This document shows, in pieces, positions 19,646 to 27,277 of a stretch of DNA of 64,000 nt. The stretch is taken from the NCBI GenBank assembly GCA_030698565.1, contig JAUYJS010000003.1:76187-140186 (forward strand), in the 5' to 3' direction. The stretch is from Candidatus Shapirobacteria bacterium (lineage in GTDB: Bacteria; Patescibacteriota; Microgenomatia; UBA12405). The translations under genes and the position numbers were made by a program. How positions within the stretch are numbered: position 1 is the stretch's first letter; the number at the start of each line of letters is the position of its first letter. The notes under the pieces were generated by a model. That model made no database searches. It was not told the DNA's origin and saw only the letters and a list, made by a program, of their open reading frames with translations.

Positions 19646-20173
19646 ATGTTTTCTAATTTTATTTTTCTAACCTTTTTGCTTATCCTTTTAATTATTCAGT
19701 TTTCAATTGTTTTTTATTTTCTTTATACACAAATAATCGAACCCGGTGCCATTTATTATCCAACCAAAATGGATGTGGTCAAAAAGATGCTTAAATTAGC
19801 TAATGTCACCAAAAAAGATACTGTTTTAGATTTGGGTTCTGGTGATGGTCGAATTTTAATCGAGGCCGCCAAACTTGGCGCCAAAGCCATAGGTTATGAA
19901 ATCAATCCGGTTTTAGTTAAACGTTCCCGAAAAAAAATAGAGAAACTCGGTCTTTCTCATTTGGCCACAGTCCATTTAAAAAGTTTTTGGCATGTCGATT
20001 TTGACCAAGCTACTATTATTACCCTTTATCTTTTCCCCAATCTTATGAATCGACTCCAAAAACTATTAGAGAAAAAAATGACTCATCCGCTTTTACTAGT
20101 ATCCAACGACTATCAATTTCCCAAAAAGAAATTTATCAAAAAAGACCAAAAAATATTTTTGTATAAATTTTAA
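19646..20173 (+). CDS. Class I SAM-dependent methyltransferase
   Basis: VLDLGSGDGRILIEAA (motif I) and an N-terminal TM segment. Confidence 0.65.
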   Translation: MFSNFIFLTFLLILLIIQFSIVFYFLYTQIIEPGAIYYPTKMDVVKKMLKLANVTKKDTVLDLGSGDGRILIEAAKLGAKAIGYEINPVLVKRSRKKIEKLGLSHLATVHLKSFWHVDFDQATIITLYLFPNLMNRLQKLLEKKMTHPLLLVSNDYQFPKKKFIKKDQKIFLYKF

Positions 20174-20192
20174 AACCAATCTATTATTTTTT

Positions 20193-21233
20193 TTACTGGT
20201 TTTTATATTGTTGTACCTCTTCGTATTTATATTCCAACTCAACCCCAGCTTTTTTGAACATTTGTTCTGACTCGGCTCCAGCATGGTATTTACGTTCACA
20301 ATATACTTTTTTTACACCACAGTTAATTAACAACATGGCGCAGATTCTACAAGGTGTCATTCGACAATAAACAGTTGCTCCGTCAATCGACACACCTCTT
20401 TTTGATGCCTGACAAATAGCATTTTGCTCGGCGTGAACTGTTCGTACACAATGCTGAGTAATCGTTCCGTCTTCATGAATTGTTTTTTTCATTTGGTGAC
20501 CCACTTCATCACAGTGAGGCAAACCTACAGGCGACCCCACATAACCCGTAACTAAAATCTGTTTATCTCGTGCAATTACACAACCACTTCTACCTCGATC
20601 GCAAGTGGCTCTCTTGGAAATTGCATCGGCCACTTCCATAAAATAATCATTCCAAGATGGTCGAACATGAACCGGCTTATTTTCGATTAAATTAACTACT
20701 TCCAAAACCTTGTGATATAAATCTTCTAATTTTCCATTATTTTCAAAAGTATAATCAGCCAAACTAATACATTTGGATAAATTCTGTTTATTTGGATCAG
20801 CCGAAATCATTTCTCTTTTTTCATTTTCAATGAATTTTTCATAAGTTACCAAATCAGTTTCCGAACCTCGTTTTTTTATTCTTTCATATCTAATTTTCGG
20901 GTCAGCATCAATGGCAAACATAAAAAAATTATCCTGTTTTTTTAAACTTTCCACTTCTCCCGGAGCCCTTAAACTTTCGATTATACAATTAATACCAGAT
21001 TCCTTTGCTTGTTTATATAATTGTTCAGCCAAATAGCTAGATGAATATTTTTCTCTTAAATCATTGGCTACTTCTACCATCGAATCTCGGTTAACCTCCA
21101 GACCTCTTTTTTTAATTTCTTCCACCAAAAATTCTCTTATGGAAAAATGTTTAAATCCTTTTTCTTTAACTAAAAAATCAACAATAGTCCCCTTTCCTGC
21201 ACCCAAGGTACCCGTAATTCCAATGATTATCAT
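20193..21233 (-). CDS. Fusion of a P-loop nucleoside/nucleotide kinase-like domain and a dCMP (cytidine/deoxycytidylate) deaminase domain
   Basis: N-terminal IIIGITGTLGAGKGT Walker A. C-terminal zinc-binding deaminase motifs HAEQNAI and PCRICA. Confidence 0.65.
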   Translation of the reverse strand: MIIIGITGTLGAGKGTIVDFLVKEKGFKHFSIREFLVEEIKKRGLEVNRDSMVEVANDLREKYSSSYLAEQLYKQAKESGINCIIESLRAPGEVESLKKQDNFFMFAIDADPKIRYERIKKRGSETDLVTYEKFIENEKREMISADPNKQNLSKCISLADYTFENNGKLEDLYHKVLEVVNLIENKPVHVRPSWNDYFMEVADAISKRATCDRGRSGCVIARDKQILVTGYVGSPVGLPHCDEVGHQMKKTIHEDGTITQHCVRTVHAEQNAICQASKRGVSIDGATVYCRMTPCRICAMLLINCGVKKVYCERKYHAGAESEQMFKKAGVELEYKYEEVQQYKNQ

Positions 21234-21329
21234 AATTTATAAAAATATTAATTTAAACCATTCTAGCATTCATTTCATTGCCAAAAAATAGATCAAAAAT
21301 CATCAAATCAAAATAATTTAGTGGAACTC

Positions 21330-21404
21330 GGAGACATTGTGTGTGTTGTGTGGATTTTGTTAGCGCAAACGCTAACTAATCCTGTTTGTTTACACAATGT
21401 CTCC
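21330..21404. ncRNA. Structured inverted-repeat element (13-bp perfect arms plus an inner 7-bp hairpin)
   Basis: ggagacattgtgt ... acacaatgtctcc, enclosing gttagcg-caaa-cgctaac and GT-rich repeats. Lies in a local GC-rich patch. Confidence 0.3.
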
Positions 21405-21432
21405 TACAAATATATTGCAGGATAAGATTCTA

Positions 21433-21798
21433 TTAATGAAGCATTTTTAGTTGCGGTCGACCATTGTACCGGTTCAACAACTTCTGAGTTGCTTTCACTA
21501 GCCTCAACTTTGATGAATCAGGATCAGAAACTATCTCTATCCAACCGTACCGAACGAGCTGTTGAATACCTCTATTAAATCTGTGCTGCGAAGTTATAAC
21601 CTTGTGCATTAACGATTCCAAAAAAAGCTCGCTTACCGGAACTACTTCCACTGCCTGTTTCTCAACAAAAACAAAATCCAGAACTCCCAAAAGGATCATT
21701 AGTCCAGCACTTCCTTTCCGTAAACGATGTTCATCAATAACAACCATCGTTACCCTAGTCTTCAATACCCGACCAAACACGGTTTCCACTCTACTCAC
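21433..21798 (-). CDS. Hypothetical protein, possibly a winged-helix DNA-binding protein. Locally elevated GC.
   Basis: ORF with RFNRGIQQLVRYGWIEIV (wing-like). Composition is distinctly more GC-rich than the neighbours. Confidence 0.3.
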   Translation of the reverse strand: MSRVETVFGRVLKTRVTMVVIDEHRLRKGSAGLMILLGVLDFVFVEKQAVEVVPVSELFLESLMHKVITSQHRFNRGIQQLVRYGWIEIVSDPDSSKLRLVKATQKLLNRYNGRPQLKMLH

Positions 21799-22004
21799 CC
21801 TTTCTTATTTCTTAACCTGCATGTCAATGAACTCCCATAATATAACAAATAAATTTTAAAATACAATATTTTTAACAGAAAAACTTATTTTTCCACCAGC
21901 ACCAAAATATTCACTACACCAAGCACTCTGTATTTATCTATTTCAAATCTTGCCCAAAAGTTTGCGGTAGTTTTATTTATATCCAATTGTAATATAATCA
22001 GTTC

Positions 22005-22451
22005 ATGAAAAAAACTGTCACCAAATTTCCCCGAGGAGTTGAAGTTGTCGGCGGTGCTGTCATAGAAAATAATCAAGGCAAACTTTTATTAACCAAATCT
22101 TCAAAATGGAACAATAAATGGGTCTGGCCTGGCGGTCACATTGAACCAGGAGAAACAATCATTGATGGTGTCAAAAGAGAAATCGAAGAAGAGGTTGGAC
22201 TCACCGTAGAGCCTATCGGAATTTTGGCCTGGGGCGAAACAATTGACAATAAAAATTTTCATCGCCCATCTCATTTTGTCTATTTTCATGTTCACTTTAA
22301 AGCTCTCGATGACAAAATTACTCTCGATAATCTTGAACTTCAAGAATATAAATGGGTCACTCCACAAGAAGCATTGACTATGGACATAGAAGTCTCCTGT
22401 ACCAAAACTATAAAAAAATTTATGAAATTTTCAAAAAAGAAAAATAAATAA
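22005..22451 (+). CDS. NUDIX hydrolase
   Basis: Nudix box GGHIEPGETIIDGVKREIEEEVGL. Confidence 0.8.
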   Translation: MKKTVTKFPRGVEVVGGAVIENNQGKLLLTKSSKWNNKWVWPGGHIEPGETIIDGVKREIEEEVGLTVEPIGILAWGETIDNKNFHRPSHFVYFHVHFKALDDKITLDNLELQEYKWVTPQEALTMDIEVSCTKTIKKFMKFSKKKNK

Positions 22452-22466
22452 ACCCTAATTTTTATA

Positions 22467-23009
22467 TTAGATAGCCATTCTCATGGCACTTTCTGGTTTA
22501 TAGTAATGGCGAAATTTTTCTACAGACCATAAAGCCGTTCCTCTGGCAATAAAAGTACTATGCCAAATAGCAGGCTTATCCCGATCAATTTCATCACCCG
22601 AGAAAAAAGCTAATATCTCATCTGTAGGCAAGCCTACGTATACAGCCAAGTGTAAATGAACCAACCTTTCATACTCAGTTTCAAATTTTTCCTTGCCCGA
22701 TTTAATTTTTTTTCCATGACTATCTCTTAATTTTTCTGCATAAATAATATCTCCTTCCTGAAGACCACTAAAAAACTCATTGCTATCAACTTGATTATTT
22801 TCGATAAAAGTTCCTCTACTATTGTTACGTGCATACGGAAGCACTATCTCCGAATGACTAAGATATATTCCCCGAGTTTCTTTAAAATATTGTTGAATTG
22901 CAAAGCGACAATTACCCTTGTCTGGTTTTTCCTCAAGAACCCTCTGAGATACTGGTCCATCAAAAAGACTATATATAAAAGACCTGAACGGTCCTTCTGC
23001 ACTATTCAT
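22467..23009 (-). CDS. Hypothetical protein, possible NlpC/P60-like papain-fold hydrolase
   Basis: Cys (GNCRFA) followed by GDIIYAEK and HLHLAVYVG, reminiscent of permuted/NlpC-P60 Cys-His folds. Weak. Confidence 0.25.
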   Translation of the reverse strand: MNSAEGPFRSFIYSLFDGPVSQRVLEEKPDKGNCRFAIQQYFKETRGIYLSHSEIVLPYARNNSRGTFIENNQVDSNEFFSGLQEGDIIYAEKLRDSHGKKIKSGKEKFETEYERLVHLHLAVYVGLPTDEILAFFSGDEIDRDKPAIWHSTFIARGTALWSVEKFRHYYKPESAMRMAI

Positions 23010-23139
23010 GGGGCGATTATATCAAAACAACTTTTAAAATTAGCTTGTGTAAATTTACTTAGCAGGTTTACCTAGCAACGTTTGCCGATTAATTAGAAAA
23101 AGCAGGTTCACCTGCCGAAGTTCTGCTTTGCAGAACGTA

Positions 23140-23213
23140 TGGCAGGCCCGCCCCGAGTCGAACAGGGAAAAAAGGTTTTGGAGACCTTTGTGATACCATT
23201 TCACCACGGGCCT
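23140..23213 (-). tRNA. tRNA-Trp (anticodon CCA), 3' CCA encoded
   Basis: Reverse complement aggcccg-tg-gtga-aatggta-tcac-a-aaggt-cTCCAAa-acctt-ttttc-ccctg-ttcgact-cgggg-cgggcct-g-cca. Confidence 0.8.
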
Positions 23214-23278
23214 AGTTAGGAATCTCTAAATTATAACATCCAAAATGGCTTAAACTTCCAAAAATAAATTAATTAATT

Positions 23279-23354
23279 TGGTGGACCTAAGGGGACTCGA
23301 ACCCCTGACCTTCCCCATGCCATGGGGACGCGCTACCAACTACGCTATAGGCCC
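23279..23354 (-). tRNA. tRNA-Ala (anticodon GGC), copy 1, CCA encoded
   Basis: Reverse complement gggccta...tccccATGGCATgggga...ggggttcgagtcccc-taggtcc-a-cca. G3:U70 Ala identity pair present. Confidence 0.85.
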
Positions 23355-23395
23355 AAATTTTATATGAAAGTTCTTTTTATCAATTTTGCGTAAAT

Positions 23396-24001
23396 TTACA
23401 AAACTTCCCGAGGTAATCTATAAATATAAATTCCTAATCCTGTTGAAACAATCGACATCACAATAAAGATGATTGGATAGCCAAAAAATTGAATTAATAC
23501 TCCACCTATTAAAGCCGCAAAACCTGTTACTATCGCCGCAATTCCTTCCCATCTCCCCCATTCAATAATAGAATTCTCTTTACTGGTGTGACTAGAATAT
23601 ACAGAGTCGAACGCTGGTGTACCAATAGCCGTAGCCACACCCCAAAGAACCTGTGTCAAAATCAGCTGAGGAATATTATTCATCAAAGCATAACTAAAAA
23701 ATACTCCTCCTCTTAAAACATAACCCAAAGCAATCAATAACTCCGGCTCTTTCACCTTTAATTGCCAATTAGAAAATAAAAATATTAAAATACCGCTAAC
23801 CATAGAATATACCGCCCAAGACAATCCAGCAAAAGCAATATTTCCGCCTATCTCTTGAACAAAAACAGCATAAAATGGCGCAAACAAATTCAAAATAAAT
23901 ACCAATATTGAATTAGCTGTGACCAAGATGGTTAAGCTTTTATTAATCCGCGTATGAGGAAAAACAAAACCAAATATCGTTTTTAATTTATTAATTACCA
24001 T
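23396..24001 (-). CDS. Half-size MFS-transporter-like membrane protein (about 200 aa, 6 TM; resembles the C-terminal half of an MFS transporter); possibly a gene fragment
   Basis: Six hydrophobic segments with MFS-like loop motifs. The start at MVINKLK abuts the tRNA-Ala copy 2. The track ORF extends into the tRNA and is trimmed here. Confidence 0.4.
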   Translation of the reverse strand: MVINKLKTIFGFVFPHTRINKSLTILVTANSILVFILNLFAPFYAVFVQEIGGNIAFAGLSWAVYSMVSGILIFLFSNWQLKVKEPELLIALGYVLRGGVFFSYALMNNIPQLILTQVLWGVATAIGTPAFDSVYSSHTSKENSIIEWGRWEGIAAIVTGFAALIGGVLIQFFGYPIIFIVMSIVSTGLGIYIYRLPREVL

Positions 24002-24004
24002 TTG

Positions 24005-24077
24005 TGGACCTAAGGGGACTCGAACCCCTGACCTTCCCCATGCCATGGGGACGCGCTACCAACTACGCTATAGGCCC
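24005..24077 (-). tRNA. tRNA-Ala (anticodon GGC), copy 2, identical to copy 1 over 73 nt but without encoded CCA
   Basis: Same 73-nt sequence as 23282-23354. The 3' flank reads ACAAAT instead of ACCAAAT. Confidence 0.8.
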
Positions 24078-24174
24078 GAATCAAACTCACTATTTTAACA
24101 AATTTTCCCACATAACCATATATCCAATCAGACACTCCCCAACTTTTATATGATCTGATATTATTAAGGCACTT

Positions 24175-25059
24175 ATGACTAAAATCAAAAAGGCCGTCAT
24201 TGCTGCCGCTGGTCGCGGCACTCGTTTTCTACCTGTAGTTAAATCTTATGCCAAAGAATTAGTCCCTGTTTTAGCCAAACCAAATATCCAACTTCTAGTT
24301 GAAGAATTAATCGGAGCGGGTATTTCTGAAATCTGTATTGTCCACCGCAACGGTGAAACTGGTATTAAAAATTATTTTACTCCAGACGCTGATCTGGAAA
24401 AATATTTAAAAAATAACAATAAAACTTCATTTTTAGATAGTTTAAGAGAAATTTGGGATAAAGTTAAAATAATGGAATTTATTTCCCAACCTCTCGACCT
24501 TCCTTATGGCAATGCTTCCCCAGCTTTAGCCGCTGAATCATTTATCGGCAAAGATCCTTTTGTTTATCTTTTTGGTGACGATCTAATTATCGAACCCAAA
24601 CCCGGTCAATTTCTAACAGAAATGCTTGCCACATACGACAAATTCCACCCCGACGCTGTCATGGCTACCCAACAAGTTCCTTGGGAAGAAATCGTTCGTT
24701 ATGGTTGTATTAAATATAAAAACAATCCTAAACACCCAAACCAAGTCGAAACCGTTGTCGAAAAAATGCCACCCGATGACGCACCTTCCAACAATGCCGT
24801 TCTCGGTCGTTTTGTGGTCTCAAATAAAATATTAGAAAATATCAAAAAACAAGCAATTTCCCGCGACAATGAACTTTGGTGGGCTGATGCCATCAATGAA
24901 TTGGCCCAAACAGGAGTCGTGTTAAATCAAACCATTAAGCACGGTGAATGGATGACAACTGGCGATCCACTTCGTTGGCTTAAAGCCAACATTGCCATCG
25001 CTTTACAAGAGCCAAGGTATTCAGCCGATCTAAAAGAATTCATGCAAAAGATTACCTAA
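24175..25059 (+). CDS. galU: UTP--glucose-1-phosphate uridylyltransferase (GalU-like sugar nucleotidyltransferase)
   Basis: KAVIAAAGRGTRFLPVVKSYAKELVPV (GalU N-terminal signature). Confidence 0.8.
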   Translation: MTKIKKAVIAAAGRGTRFLPVVKSYAKELVPVLAKPNIQLLVEELIGAGISEICIVHRNGETGIKNYFTPDADLEKYLKNNNKTSFLDSLREIWDKVKIMEFISQPLDLPYGNASPALAAESFIGKDPFVYLFGDDLIIEPKPGQFLTEMLATYDKFHPDAVMATQQVPWEEIVRYGCIKYKNNPKHPNQVETVVEKMPPDDAPSNNAVLGRFVVSNKILENIKKQAISRDNELWWADAINELAQTGVVLNQTIKHGEWMTTGDPLRWLKANIAIALQEPRYSADLKEFMQKIT

Positions 25060-25154
25060 GTTAAGTAACTTTAGTTACTTTTTCATACCGCTTGACATTT
25101 ATTATATTTTTTATATAATAGCCCATAATTAATTTTTATAAATTAAAAGCAGGT

Positions 25155-25784
25155 ATGATCAATAAAAATTTAAAGTTTCTTATCGCCCTAGTTACCTTTT
25201 TAGTTCTCCCATCTTCTGTCCGAGCTGATGATGAAGTCAGAAAAATGGAAGTGGATATAAAAGCCAAAGGGTTTAGTCAACAAATTTGGCAAGACAATCT
25301 TGACAGTAGTCAAATAATCTTTGGGCCAAAAGACCAATTTCAAATTCAATTTATAATCAAAAATTTAGGTAATCGTACTCAAACCCAAATTGAAGTCAAA
25401 GAAATTTTACCTCGAACTTTATCTGTGGTTGACAGCCAAATTAAAGCTAATCAAATAAATCAAATTAGCTTTAAAATTCCTCAAATTGCAGCTAATGAAA
25501 ATTACGTCCAAACCATTACTGTTGCTGTAAAAGGTAAAGACTCTATTAATCCAAACATTACTAAAAACGAAGTTCACGCCGCAATTAAATCAGAAATTGG
25601 AACAGCCAGTGAAGATAATTTAGCTTTTTATACCAACAATGGTACTCAAAAAGTAAAATCGGCTACTATTTCTGCTCAAGTTCTACCAAAAACTGGTAGC
25701 AGTGCTTTAATTTTAGGCACGCTTATGGCTACTGCAGTTTTAGCCGCCGGCTACGGTTTAAGAAAATATTCCAGAGGTTACTAA
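25155..25784 (+). CDS. Secreted surface protein with a C-terminal LPXTG-type sortase anchor
   Basis: N-terminal signal peptide (LVLPSSVRADD). C-terminal LPKTG, then a hydrophobic stretch and RKYSRGY. Confidence 0.6.
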   Translation: MINKNLKFLIALVTFLVLPSSVRADDEVRKMEVDIKAKGFSQQIWQDNLDSSQIIFGPKDQFQIQFIIKNLGNRTQTQIEVKEILPRTLSVVDSQIKANQINQISFKIPQIAANENYVQTITVAVKGKDSINPNITKNEVHAAIKSEIGTASEDNLAFYTNNGTQKVKSATISAQVLPKTGSSALILGTLMATAVLAAGYGLRKYSRGY

Positions 25785-25809
25785 ACTTTATAAGTAATTT
25801 TCAAAATAA

Positions 25810-25837
25810 CCCCGCTCCGGCGGGGTTATTTTTTTGC
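25810..25837 (+). terminator. Intrinsic terminator
   Basis: aaccccgc-tccg-gcggggtt followed by a T-run. Confidence 0.7.
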
Positions 25838-25863
25838 CAAACTTAATAAGTTATTATAAATAT

Positions 25864-25902
25864 ATCCTATAACTTGACATTATTATATAAATTTTATATA
25901 AT
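25864..25902 (+). promoter_or_regulatory. Promoter repeat copy 1: ATCCTATAAC-TTGACA-17 nt-TATAAT
   Basis: TTGACA at 25874-25879 and TATAAT at 25897-25902 with exact 17-nt spacing. The upstream ATCCTATAAC block is shared with copies at 26725, 26916 and 26985. Confidence 0.6.
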
Positions 25903-25957
25903 CCCACTTAAATTAATCAATCTAAACTTAAAGCGTTTTTATCTGATTAATTTAAAA

Positions 25958-26036
25958 GTTCTTTAACAAACCGTAAACTTTGAAATTTCGAATCCGATTG
26001 TGAGTACACACTGTGTATTTAGAACCGGATTCGAAA
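25958..26036 (+). promoter_or_regulatory. 5'-UTR element: conserved motif TCTTTAACAAACCGTAAACTTT followed by a 12-bp perfect inverted repeat with a nested palindrome
   Basis: The motif is also present at 27096-27119. Arms atttcgaatccg (25986-25997) and cggattcgaaat (26025-26036) enclose tacaca-c-tgtgta. Confidence 0.45.
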
Positions 26037-26058
26037 TATGTTTTTGGAGGTTGAGACA

Positions 26059-26637
26059 ATGCTTAAGAAGATGATTTCCGTTTTCTTGATTCTGGGTTTA
26101 GTGTTTATCACCCGGTCTGTCCCAGTTTTTGCTGGCGGTACTTCCGATAACCCCGGAAGCTACTACGTCGCACCGGTCAGTATTATCCTAACTTCAAATG
26201 GAAATGCCAGCCTCAATGCCAACGTCTTACTACCATACGGCACAATGGCTGAGATGGGCGACGAAGTCTACTATTCCACTATCAACTCTTTTGACATCCC
26301 AATGAAGGCCCTAGATTCACTAAAAGTCTTTGATCCTGTCAGTATGGTCGTTACCAGGGTTACTTACTCCGGCGTCAATACTCCAGCATCATTCGTCTCG
26401 ATTCCCATTGTAAAGATCAACGTCCCATACAACTACCAGGCTTGGAAGATGACCTACATCGACATCAAGTGCAATGAGGATTACACCTCCTGCACCGGCG
26501 GCTGGTCAATCACCCGATACCTGGGCGGCAATATCTACAAATTGACCCTTGAAAGGGGTAGCACCTTAATCATCCAACCAACCGACGATATCCTCAACAA
26601 TCGGCTTTTGCCACCCATCTTAGCCCAAATAGGCTAA
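26059..26637 (+). CDS. Secreted hypothetical protein, GC-rich relative to the genome
   Basis: SD ggagg 8 nt upstream. Signal peptide MLKKMISVFLILGLVFITRSVPVFAGG. Composition is clearly above the local background. The start at 26059 is preferred over the track's 26038. Confidence 0.55.
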   Translation: MLKKMISVFLILGLVFITRSVPVFAGGTSDNPGSYYVAPVSIILTSNGNASLNANVLLPYGTMAEMGDEVYYSTINSFDIPMKALDSLKVFDPVSMVVTRVTYSGVNTPASFVSIPIVKINVPYNYQAWKMTYIDIKCNEDYTSCTGGWSITRYLGGNIYKLTLERGSTLIIQPTDDILNNRLLPPILAQIG

Positions 26638-26724
26638 TTTCCCACCGGAACCAAAGGAGCGTCGAAGTTCTACTTCGACCTCCTTCCCTTTCGGGGGAAA
26701 ATCTTCAAAGTTTACGGTGTACAT

Positions 26725-26763
26725 ATCCTATAACTTGACATTATTAAACATTACTGTTACACT
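26725..26763 (+). promoter_or_regulatory. Promoter repeat copy 2 (ATCCTATAAC-TTGACA-17-TACACT)
   Basis: TTGACA 26735-26740. A -10-like TACACT at 26758-26763. Confidence 0.45.
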
Positions 26764-26905
26764 ACTTCAGTTCATTAAAAATTAGACAAAAATAAATACC
26801 AAAGGAGAGATGTTGGGGTGGGCTCCTCTAAAGATCTTCACTCCATTTCTCCTTTGCTATTTATATAATATTTTAAAAAAACCTCCATTAATTTGGAGGT
26901 TTTTT
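26764..26905 (+). ncRNA. Candidate small RNA (or 22-aa micro-ORF) between promoter repeat 2 and a strong bidirectional terminator
   Basis: About 140 nt with no ORF of 60 aa or more. A 13-bp near-perfect inverted repeat caaaggagaGatg...catttctcctttg. Terminator aaaaaaacctcca-ttaatt-tggaggtttttttt at 26872-26905. Confidence 0.35.
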
Positions 26906-26915
26906 TTGGTCCCCT

Positions 26916-27023
26916 ATCCTATAACGACTGACATTATTAATTAAATTCCTTCATCCAGCTCTGGTTTGCAAATTGTGTTTTGTTATCCTATAACTTGATT
27001 TTTTTACCATTTAATGCTATAAA
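26916..27023 (+). promoter_or_regulatory. Promoter repeat copies 3 (degenerate: ATCCTATAACGACTGACATTATTA) and 4 (ATCCTATAAC-TTGATT-17-TATAAA)
   Basis: Copy 4: TTGATT 26995-27000 and TATAAA 27018-27023 with 17-nt spacing. Confidence 0.45.
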
Positions 27024-27277
27024 CATCCATAGCAAGAAATTGCTTGTAAGTTGATTATATTTTAGACAATGCGTCTAATTCTCATAATCAATTTAGCTCT
27101 TTAACAAACCGTAAGACTTTTGTTGAAAAAAGAATATCTCATTACATTTAGGCTTGTGTAGAAGAATGATGATGAAATTTTGGAAGAAAAAAATTGGGTA
27201 ATAAAACCCATTCACATAGGCCCCGGCCCCGGCAGAGATCCAATTTTTTTTGCGTAATACGCAAAGGAGGAATTTTC

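Noticed and set aside
24626-24896. Two small ORFs (plus and minus strand) inside galU.
   Set aside because: They are embedded in a well-supported GalU reading frame.
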